Virus record (IMG/VR): IMGVR_UViG_3300028197_001738
Location: 31,664 to 95,663 of that record
DNA length: 64,000 bases
Source of the DNA: a virus
Direction: 5' to 3' (one strand)
The notes beneath the pieces are model-generated. The model was not told the origin of the DNA and searched no databases. It saw only the letters and a program-made list of their open reading frames with translations. The position numbers and the translations under genes were made by a program. This document shows, piece after piece, positions 40,437 to 52,400 of the stretch; position 1 is the stretch's first letter, and every line of letters begins with the position of its first letter.

Positions 40437-43400
40437 TTACGGGTTAACGTCAAAGTTCATGGTGTCCTGTAGTGATGGGTTATTATCACGGAATGTATTA
40501 AAAGCTCCTTTTATGCCGTCTGTAACTAGTGTCGCTAAATCTGGCTTCAAGCTATTTAATGCTGCATCTCCATTAATAATCACATTCACCTCATGTTTTC
40601 CGGTAATTTTAATCTCTTGTGGAATGTCCAAACTGCTTAATGTAGACGCTATTCGGTCTAATCTCGACACAAATTGATCTATACTGCTAACGGCACTTTC
40701 AATACTACTAGATACACCGCCAGCATCTCCTGTTTGTCTATCTAATCCATTTAATGCGGATTCTATAGCTGAAGTGATCTTACTTGTAAATCGGCCAATA
40801 ACATTATTGATAAATCTGGATGCGTCAAAGGTAGGCTGTGAATTACTTGGTCCTACCTGAGCCCCATTTCTGTAATAATTTGGCAAAGCTAGGCCACCAC
40901 CCTGTAGATATGATGCGATTCCTCCAACAGAATATTCTCCACTATTAATAGCCCTTAAAACACCAAGATGTTTTTGTGTAGATTCTCTATTAACAACAAA
41001 TTCTCCAGGAGTCAACATTGCTGGTACAGTATCTGTTCCCTTTGGCTGGAAATTAATATGAGAACCAGAGCTAGCATATATGGGCCCACCAGAACGTCTA
41101 TATTGTGATTGGTTACTATTTGCTAGTATCTCCGAAAGATCTGCTTGTGCCCCAGCAGTGATCGCTTCAGCAGAAGCTCTTGTCAGTTCTACTAAACTCT
41201 TGGCTAATTGAGCAGAAGCGTGCAAGCCTTCAGCTCTGTTTGATTCTGCTACAATGTTTGGAGATCTTTGTTGCGACTGTAGATTTTTAAGAACAGTTTG
41301 TCCGAGTGAACTTTTATTGAAATTGTTATATTCTATACCTTTAATTGAGTTATAATCATTATTAGCCGTAACTAAAGCATCTCTTTGTATTTTTTGGACT
41401 CTATTAAGATCGATATCGCTTTTAAATCCTTTGGTCCTTTTTCCTAGGTTTGATGAAGCACCTAAGTAAGTGTCGCCAGCTAGATTTTTAAATAAATCAG
41501 AATAAGCATCGTCTCTATCAAACAAACTCTTCAATAAACCATTTTTATCCTCTTGTGTTTTAGGAATAGATGTCATACTAGAATCAACAATAGCACCACC
41601 ATAAGAATCCATTATTTGTCTCAGTGTTTTATCTTTTAATGTGTCTGATAAAAATAGATTATTTGCTAACCACTGAGACAATCCTCCTCCACTAGCTTCT
41701 GCTTTTATCGTTCCTATTTCGTTAAGTGGTGTGTTCATTGGAACACTAGATCCACTTTCAGATAATCTTTTTATATCAAAAGATCTTAATGATACGTTTC
41801 CTTGTTGCACTTCGGCCATTTCATTTTGTAAAGCGTTGCTTTGAGCATACAAAGCCTGTGTATTTCTTTTTAGTACAAGTGATGAAGCAATTAATGCTGA
41901 TATAGGACCTGGTACACCAGCGCTAGTAAGATTATATGTAGTATTAGCCATTTCACCCAAGTCACCAGCCATAGCTCCCAAAATTGAGCTATCAAATACT
42001 TCATTACCCCTTAAGCCACTTGCCTCAGCATTTCCAAGCAATGCTTGCTCTAGAAAATCACCACCAGACACTTTGCCTTCCGCAACTTTTTTCGCCGCTA
42101 AAGCGCCATCAATAAGCAGACGCCCTCTTGCAAGATATTTTTCGTATGCTTTAAATTGAGTTGCGGAGTCGCCTAATCCTTGCATTGATTTTAGACTATA
42201 GAAAAGGCCAGCTATCTCTTTGAGCGAAGAAACTCCATAAGCTGCCGATTTTCCAAAATAATCACTTGAATTATATAAACCTTCCGATGATGAACTAGAA
42301 TTTGCAAATTCGTCTATACCATGTTGTAATTTGTCGACCATGGCAAAAATATTACCAAAGAAAACCAAAGCATTACCAGCACCTTTTATTGGGTATGGTA
42401 TATTTCCTGATCTTTCTCCAACTGATTGTGCTATTTTTTCTGCTCCTCTTAATTGAACAAAATCCAAAGCAGATCTCGTACCTGACTCATAAAAAGAAGA
42501 TGGTATTAAACTGGCAAAATCACCAGTAGCTTTACCAGAATAACCAAGTCCTTTTTCCACATCACCTTCACTAAAAGCTTCAATAGCTTTTACTATGCCT
42601 GTCGCTCCTTTTGTAAATGGCGTAACCATATCTCCACCAGCCAGATAAACCACTCCACCATCTTGATAGCCTTTACTACCACCGCTATTAATTTGTTTAA
42701 GCAAAGGTAGATTGTTTTGTGTTGCTTGTCTGTTTACGACAAACTCCCCAGGAGTTAACATAGCAGGAACAGTATCTGTGCCTCTTGGTTGGAAATTAAT
42801 TAATCTTCCTTCATTAGCATATATCATACCTCCAGTTGCTTTATTAACAGGATTTTCTGCTTCATCTTTAAGGAATTTTTCCAGGCTCTTATCATTAGAT
42901 GATGTATAAAGAGAACCATATCTTCCAGCAGTTAATTTCCTATGAGCGCCTGCAGCAAATTCAGAAGCTATATTTGTTGTCTTAGCTATTTCTTCAGGAC
43001 TGTTTGAGTTATCTAATATATCGTCGGAACTCAGAGATGAATTAATAAGCTTGTCGAAGTTTTCAAAATATTTTTGTATAGAATTTGGATTACCTACAAG
43101 AGCCTCTTTAGTAGAAGCAATAAAATCTGGAGTGTATACTTGCTGGCCATTGTTTATTCTGTTTTCAAAGAAATATGATAACTCATCAAGATATTTACTT
43201 CTTGTTGAAGGACCAGGAAAAATATTAGTAGGAGTTAAAACTCTTTTGAATAAAGTTTGATAATCATTAGGAGCGCTCTTATCTGGAGTTATTTCTGTTC
43301 TACTGCCATCTGCACCAATTTCATAATACCGACCACCTTTAAAATCGTTTGTAACCTCTTTTGTTAAATCGTCAGACAAATCAGCTGATCCACCTAGACG

Positions 43401-46400
43401 TTTAGCTCTTATAATATTAACTTCTTTAGACAATGCGCTATCTATAAAATTATTAAAACCCTGTTCTCCTTCCGCTGTCAATTTATCATAGTATAAAGTT
43501 TTTTCTCTGCCTCTAAGGTTAGGATCAGCAACCTTTACAGCAGAACTCAGATCGGTAGCTTTTTTCATATCTCCTGGAAGGAGACCCAAGGTTTGTGTTG
43601 TGCTAACACCTCGCACACCCCCGACGGTAGTATATAAACGACGTAGAGCTTCTAGTTCGATACCTTTATTATTTTTAGGATCGTCTATTGCTCCTATTTC
43701 TGAATTCAATTTACTTCGCATGCTGTTAATATCTGAAAGACTTTCTGGCATAATCCCAGTTGTTTGATCTTGTTTTTCTATGAATCTAGCCATAGTAACT
43801 CTCAAAGCGTCTGTAAGATCACTATCTAGGTCTTCAGCTACTCCTAATGCAGACCCTCCTGTGCTACCTGTCTTGTCTTTTAGGTATTTTTGTACTGCTT
43901 TTACATAGTCGGTAGATGGTTCATAAGCACCACTTGTTAAACTGTCTTTAATATAAGCAAAATTCTTAGCTTTCTCATTCAGTCCCAACTGAGACAGACT
44001 AGACGGATCAGCTTTATTAATATATCCAGCATCATCAAATGCAATGTCTGTATCGGACCAGGTGTCTGGATCTCCGCTATTTTTAAAAGCACCAAATCCC
44101 ATACTCATTACGCTGCGATAAGCTTTTAAATCGTCTAAATTAGAAAATTCTGCCAAATGTGTATTTGCATACACAGGACTTTTATTATAAAAAGGACCTA
44201 AAGGTGGTTGTTTGTAGGGATCTACCGTATACATTTTATCAGATATGTCTTCAATAAAATCTGATTCTCTTCTGTCATAATATTTACCAGAAACTTCATT
44301 GTATTTTATCGGAACGGTTGTTGCATCTGCACTATCTCCCAATGTTTTTGTTTTTACTTTAATAGCAGATTCCGATGGCGGCGGTAGGGAACTAGCTTCT
44401 GGACCAAAATGCTTAAAGAAAAATGGTAACTCTAGATCAATATCTTCTTCGCTATTGGTAGCCTTATAGAAATCTAGAGAGCTTCCAAAACCCTGTTTTG
44501 ACCAGTCACTATAACGCTCATATGGTTTAGCAATATCTTTATAATATGTGTCAAATATATTTTTAACTTCAGGAGCAGCTTTTTGCCTAGGCGAACTTCC
44601 CTCGGCATACAAACTAATAGGAAAAAATGTATCATTAAGATCATCTACTCCGAATGGTGCAAATTGAAGATTCTTGAAATCTTCTGAACTTATCGTAGCA
44701 TAGTTTCTTGTTCCTTCATATAGTCCTTTAATTTTTTGTTGAATAAGTGTTAATTGTTTACCTTTTTCAGTTAATCCTAAAAAATTGTCATTAGATAAGT
44801 CAGTACTATATCTAGACAACTGATCTTCTGTATTCTCAATATATTTTATAATCAGATCTGTAGGACTTTCAATCCGACCACTATAAGAACCAATAAGACT
44901 CTGATCTTTATAGGCCACCTTTGCAGCATTGCCAAGAAGTTGAGGATTTTCGGCGTTTTTACCAATTCCTAAACCACCATCAGAAGCCCCTAATGTCTTT
45001 ATAGCTCCTTGTTTATCAAAAAGACCCAAATTTTGTGGACCACCGTCTAGACTTTGACCCAAGCCCCCTATGCTTAAAGATAAATTAGAGCTTCCAGTCT
45101 TCGGTGCAGATATGCTATAATCGAATGAAGATCCAAAACTTTTTTGTGCATTTTGTTTAAAGTCTTCTGAACTAGAAATTATACCCTCTGTAATTGATGC
45201 TTTAAGATTAGATAATCTTTCAACATTATCGCCCAATACTTGTTGAGCATGGTCTTTATCTTCTTTATTAATATAGTCTGATGACTCTATAATTTTATTT
45301 GTAGTGGCGTCACTTAAATAATAACTTTTTGCAAACTCTTTCGCCTCAATACCTTCTGTAATATTTGTTGGTTGCGTGTTTTTTGCTCGACCGGTTCGAA
45401 TTCCACCAGATCTATTAATAACTATCTTTAAATTTTCAAATCCTTTACCAGGAGAAAAATTATAATTACTCAAATCTCCATCAAGATTTGGCATTCGAAC
45501 ATTAGCAAAATCACCACTTATTTGTGACGACATTGGTTCATCATTGTTTTCATCCCCCATGGCGTTCTTCATCTGTTTGAAAATTCCTTTTACACCAACA
45601 CTAAGTTCTTTTGCGGGGCCGTAAAAAACGCGATTAACTCGTGCCGTATATAATTGTTTCTCATTAAAATCAGGCAATAAATCTGAGTCGTTGACACTAC
45701 CTCCCGGTAATTGCTTATAAGGATATTGATTATCACTCATGCCTTTATTTTCATCAATACTTTTTCTTACTCCTAAACTTCTTTCTCTTAAGTCAGCAAC
45801 TGGAGGATCGTTCGCATAAAAGCCAGATCCAACGAAACCACCAGATTCATAATAAGAAGTATTGCCATCATTAATAGATTTCAACATACCTAAATTTTTA
45901 GATGTTGCCTGTCTGTTTACTACAAACTCACCAGGAGTAAGCATAGCTGGTACGGTGTCCGTGCCTTTAGGTTTGAAAATCTGTGAGCCACCAGCTGCAT
46001 ATATAATGCCTCCATCTGATTTACCTTGAATACGAATATCTAAAGCACCAGGAAGATCCCGAATTCCTGCACTTATCTCTGTTAATTGTTTAGTAATATA
46101 ATTTTCAACAATGTTTTGGAAGCCATTTAGGAGATCTGTGGTTCCCTTTTGTTCTGAAGCAGACAACTCTTGTTTTATTCCTGCTAGAATCACATTAGCA
46201 TCAGCTTGCTTCTGCACTGCTTCTTTGTAAATACTTATTGTCTCCGCCATTTCGCTGTCTGATTCTGGATCTCTTAATGCGTCTAATATATTTTGCAAAT
46301 TAGAGTCCAGAGGAACATTAGCTTCTTTAAGCATAGATCCCAATACATTAGCCCTAAATTCATTTTGAGTTCTTCCTGTGCCTAAAAGAGGAGCTATACT

Positions 46401-49400
46401 ATTAAATAATTGTAGTCTTTCCGATCTGCTTTGTGCATTAGATCTACCAACCGTATTTCCTGCTAAATTCTCTGACAGCTCACCTAATCTTCTGAATGTT
46501 TTATTAATATCTCCAGCAGAAGAAGTTGATAATTTTTCTAAGAAAGATGTTCCAGCACTAATTCTGCCTTGTATCTCATTAATTCTAGATAAAGCAGACG
46601 AAGCCACTTCTGAATTGCTTGCCAACTCTTGTAATGCTGCATAATTTTGTCTAAGCTGGATAGCTGTTTCTGCTGCTGCTTCCCTAACCTCTCTTAAAGC
46701 TTCAGAAGAGGTTGCTCCATTTTCAGCAAGAGACCTTGCGAAATCTTCTTCTGCTTTTCTTCTTTTTTCTAAATTTAAAATGTTCTGACCTATATTAGCA
46801 GGAGCTGTGCTTCCTGCTCCTCCTCCTACCGATGTAAGATCTGTAATAGTCTGGGTAAATGCATTAATCTTAGATCGAAGAATACCTTCGTTTTTAAATG
46901 CTTCACTTAAACTAATAATTCCCTTGTTTTGTATATTTGCTGCTTTAGATATTAATTGAGTATACTCTACTTGCAATTGTATCTGTCTGTTCATTGATTC
47001 CGTATAAGAATTAACAGTATTTTGCCAAGCCTCTAAAGATTTTACTGCTGACTCTTGAGCTGCTCTTGCTGCATCTACTTGTTTACTCAAGGATGGCAGG
47101 GCTTCTATAAGTTCTTGTGCCGTAATTCTACCGTCTCCTCTAGTAGAAATTTGTTGAATTTGGCTTCTAACTTGTTTAAGAGTTAATTCTTCAACATTTT
47201 GTGGTAATTCAAGATCTCTAATAGATTGTATCGCAGCTTTTTCTATAGCAGCTGTTAGCGCTTTATCACTAGCTCCAGGATTTTCGCTTATGGCTGAGTT
47301 TATAGCCTGATTCATAGAATCTTCTAAATTTGTTATTAAATCTAACAAAGGTCTAATTGCTTGCTGATCCAAACCGAATGAACTAGAGGCCATATCTCTA
47401 GCACCACGAACTTGGTCGTCAGAATAAGCTCTAGGGTTTCTTAAAGTATCAATTGATTCTAAATTAATATTTCCTAATTTAGCCTGCCCAGACAAAGCAG
47501 CAGTAGTTAAATCTAAATTAGTTGCTGATAGTTTAGAAGCAAAATCAAACCTACTAACTATTTGATTTAAACTAGTGTTTAATCGACTTAAACTACTAAC
47601 CATTTGATTAACTTGTTTATTAAGTCTATCAAATTCTATTTGTCTCATAGCCACATTAAATTCTCTTTGAGCTATGGTTGAAGCAGTAATAAATTGTAAA
47701 TTATTTACTCTTGCATTCTTCTCATCGTCAGTTAAATCTATGTTACTCTTTATTTGTTCTATTTCTCGTTGAACAGCAACGTCTGTAGCAGCTAAACTAG
47801 TAGCCAAACTACTAGCAGCGTCTGATGTTCCTAGTAAAGCCTGAAAATCATCAGCAGATTCAAATTCTCCAGACTTAATTAAGGAAGGCAGAGACTGTAA
47901 TAAAGGATTAATAACTTTCGACGCAGCATTAGAGGTTTCTATAGCAATCTGAGGTATTATGTCATTAAACATGAATTCCTGTCTATTCTCATCAGATGCA
48001 CCACGGAAAAGAACTGCATTAGCTGATTGAGCGAAAGCTAATTCTCCTAATCTATTCTTAATAAGATTTAATTCTTCACCTCTTCTATCAGCACCGAATG
48101 CCTGATTTACAAACCTATTCCCAACATTAAGAAATCCTTCTGGTGATTGTCTGTCTAATGATACCTGTCTGTTACTTAATTCTGATGCTTCTTGAACTTC
48201 TCTCACAAAAGCTTCACTGTTATTAATGTTCTTAAGATTTTTTTCAAGTTGACTTAATCTGTTACTGAGGCTGTCTAATGCTGTAGTTAGTCTTCTGTTA
48301 TTGAGAGTCTTAATCCACTCATAGTAAGCATTAGATGTAGCTTTTAAAACCTGAACACCTGCTACTAAAAATTTACCGTATCCAAATAAAGCATCTGTTG
48401 CCTTCAAAACACCTTTAGTAAAACCTTCGGGCAATTTAAATTTATCTGCTATCTTAGGTAGTAACGATTCTAGCTGTGGTCTTGCTGTTCTAGTGTACTG
48501 ATCTGTTGTTTTAGATATAATAGCAACAGAAGTACTTAAAGATCTAACAAATGCACCAACAACTTTACTAGCGCCACCAATATCTCCTAGTAATTGTGAC
48601 ACAACACCACCAGCAATGCCAATACTTAAAGCAAACCTATTGGCTTGTCTTTGAGATTCTGCATCAGCCTTGGTTTTCTTTTGAGTAGCAATAGCAGAGT
48701 CTTTATCTGCTTTTTCTTTAATTTTTTGCCCAGGATTAGCTTGAAATAACACATTGGGTGTTGCCTGTGGTCTACCTTGAGTAATATCAACACTAGCAAG
48801 ATCAGATCTAGTAATAGCTTGTTTAATACCCTGTATTACATCCTTAATATCTGCATCAAATCTACCTCTTACAGACCCTGCTCCAGTTTCTTGGATCAGA
48901 CTACCTCCTTTTGCTATTCCTGATTGTGTAGCTAAATTGCGTGCTACTGCCAAGCTTTCAGATGGAGATTTACCACTTTGTCTCAAACCTTCAAACGCCT
49001 CAGATTTTGTTGACTTTGCTGCTTCAAGCATTTCTGCTTTAACAAATTCTATAGCAGCAGCTAGATCTCCTGCAGATTTACGTGTAGCTTCTGTTATGTC
49101 TTCAACACTTGATGGAGCAGGAGCTACTGGGGAGGACTGTTGAATAGAATCCATATTTACAAAATCGCTCATGTCTCCAGAAAGTCTTCTTGATCTAGAT
49201 TCTGTAACAGCAGGATTAGCAGCTAACTCTGCTGCATTAAACCCTGGGTCTGATTTAATTTGACTTCTCTCTATATCTTCAGCAACTCTTTTACCAGCAT
49301 TAAGCATATTTCTTATTGTATCAACTAATTCTGGAGCACCAGATATGGTCTGAGTCATAGTCTTATTCAAAGTACCCATAATGTTTTGAACAGACCCTGA

Positions 49401-52400
49401 AACTTCTCCTGCTGCAAACTCTGTCTGCTTTAAGAATAACGCAGAAGCTTTTCGTAAGTCGTCTGGCATCTCAAACAGAGCTTTAAGCATAGCATTGGTT
49501 ATTTGTTGAATTTGCTCGGCGGTTACTTCTCCACCAACCTCAAACTTTGCTACGCCTCCTACCATTCCTCCCTTATTGTATCCTTGAATTTTATCAGCTT
49601 TATTTAATTTGTTTAATTTTGCTGCTCCTAGTTTTGAAGCAGCTTTTTTATTTATAACGAACTCACCAGGAGTTAACAGTGCTGGTACTGTGTCTTCGAC
49701 TGACCCACCATTAGCAAACTGCGACATATATTGTGTGGTAGGAGCTTTTGTATATGCATACTGTAATGGTAAAGCTGCTCCTGTCCACGTAGAAGGATCT
49801 TCACTAGGATAGTCTTGTTCTTTAAAATAAGAACCAGTATACATATTCTCTGAAGGCACCAAGGACTTACCAACAGAAGCGCCATCTTGACCTGCTCCTT
49901 TATTAAAATAGTTAGTCCAAATTCTAGTTAAAGAGGCACTACTAACTCTACTTCTGTCAGAAGTTAAACTGCCTCCATTAGCTGTTGCCGTTTCCATAAC
50001 AGCATCATATAAAGATCTCCCTCCTCCACCAGAAACTTGTGCTGATGTGGCTGCATATAATCCATTTCCAATATTATTTGCAACTACATCGCCTGTGCTT
50101 TTTCCTTGAGTGAAATATGCACTAATAGCAGATCCCGCATCTGTAACCCCAATATCTTTTCTAATAGCACTTTCTGCTATAGCAGCTTCACCACCGTCTT
50201 TAAATTTTGTAAAAAAGTCAGATTGTAAACCAGACTCAGCAAAAATCTCCTTTAGTAAAGCTTCAGCTTGTTTGTTCTTACTGCTCTTATAACTTTGAAG
50301 CATCATAGGAACAGCTTCTCCTCTCATTTGAGAAGATAATAATTGTTTTTTGTTTTTGTCATCTTCAAGTGGGTACTCGGACGCAAAAACATCTTCAGCG
50401 GAATAGCCGAGATCTTTGGTATTGTTGATAAAGTCAGAAATTTCAGCTTCTCTATTTATTACAGCGCTATCTAGTTTAGAACTAATATCTGGATAGTTTT
50501 GTAATAAATAAGATTGAACATCATGAAAACCTTCATGAGCAATAATATCGTCTCGATGTTTATCAAAAACCGCCAACCATCTTTTCTGATTAGAACCCGC
50601 ATCGCCAAGAGAGCTTGAAGCTTTTTGTTCTGTGTCTGGATTTAAACCCTGTTGACTTATAAATGCATCTAAATCTTTTGTAAAATCTGGAAAATAAGCA
50701 CCACGACTACCTCCCAGTAGTCTATAAAGTATTCCTCTCCAATTAAAATTAGCATTTTTAGGAGCTTCCCATTCTTGACCATCTTTGGTCATTAGCTTGT
50801 CACCCTGAAACATTTCTGAAGGCAGAACAGCTTTTAATAAGTCATTATAAACTTTGCCTGTATTACCAGAAATGGCTCCTCCAAAAAATTTCTTTTGAGC
50901 TTTCTCTTCAAAATATCTAGTAAACTCACCTCTTGCTCTTTTTAAAGAATCTTTATTAATAATCCTTTTAACTTCTGTTGGCATTCCACTATCAATTCCT
51001 GGAAAATATTGTGAAGCAGCACCTAGTCCATTAGGATAATCTATGGCTCTGTTCTGCTCTGCTCCAGGAGGTAAAGGAGCTCCTAAAAGAGCCATGGTTC
51101 TTTCTATTATGGCTCCTTCTATATTTCCTTGACCTGTTAGCTCTTCTAGCTTTGTGGTGGGTGTTGAGGGCTCTTGATATCTATAAGCAGCTTTTCCAGA
51201 ACCTAAAACAGCTGTAACATTTGACAAGCTGTCATCAATCAGTTTTTCTGCCGCTGACATATTTTGAGCTTTAAGCTCAGGAACATTTGTTGTATTAGGA
51301 GTTTGGGAAACACCTGTTACAGAAGATGTCTCGTAAGGCAGACCGAATCTTTGAAGTGTATCTGCTACTAAATCTGCAGTTAATTGAGGACGAGCAGTTA
51401 AAACCCTTGTATTATTACGAATATAACCAGGAGATTGTTTTTCAAGCTCTAAAAGCTTACTAACTATAGGAGTTGGTCTAGCTCCACGAAGAGCTTCTGC
51501 AACGCGATCTCTATTATAGTATTGAGGAATATCTTCTTTACCTTCAGAATCTAGAATAGCTGTGTTAGAAGCTAAAGTTTCATCAAAATCAAAAGCTATA
51601 GGTCTTACTGGTCCTATTTGATTAGGATCTGAACCCTGAAAAATATTTGCATTCTCTAAATCATTAGCAAAACTAACAGCAGAATCTTTTGTTGCTGCCT
51701 GCATTTTATTAACTGATTCTTTATATCTTTCTCCCAATCCACGAGATTTAATATTTACTTTAGTATTAGCTAAATCATAAACTTTATCTTTATTATATCC
51801 GATAGGTAGTAAGCCAACAATACCAACCTGCTCTTCAAAATCTGTTGCTTGTGATCTCAAAACATTGTCAAGAGTAGTAGTTCTTGCTTGTAAAGCTTGA
51901 TTCATAATCTCTGTAGCTTGATCTAGATTAGAACCAATATTATTAGATCTCAGAACGCTATCTAATGTTCTATCTCCCTTTGATAATCCTAAAATTTGTT
52001 TAACTGACTGTATACCTCCCAAAGAACCTATTTGGTCCTTGATAACATCTTCAACGGACATAGATTTTTGATCAGCTATATCTTGAACCATACCGCCTTC
52101 TAAGAATTTTTGAACCATTCCTCCAGAGTTATAATAACAATCAGCTTTAGGTCTACCTCTTCTTTCAAAAGGTATATCACTAGGAGAAAAATTGCCCCTG
52201 TCTACTGCAACAGCTTTTTCGATGATGCTTCTGCGATTAGGATAAGTATCACTAAGTTTAACATCAGTTAAATCACTAATAGGCTGGTCTGTTAAACCTT
52301 TAATCGTCTGGTTGGCAACAGGTATATCAAATCTGTCTGTTCCAGGATCTTGTAAATCAGCAGCGGCGAAAACGAAACCTTCAAAAAGTTTTCCTGCAGC

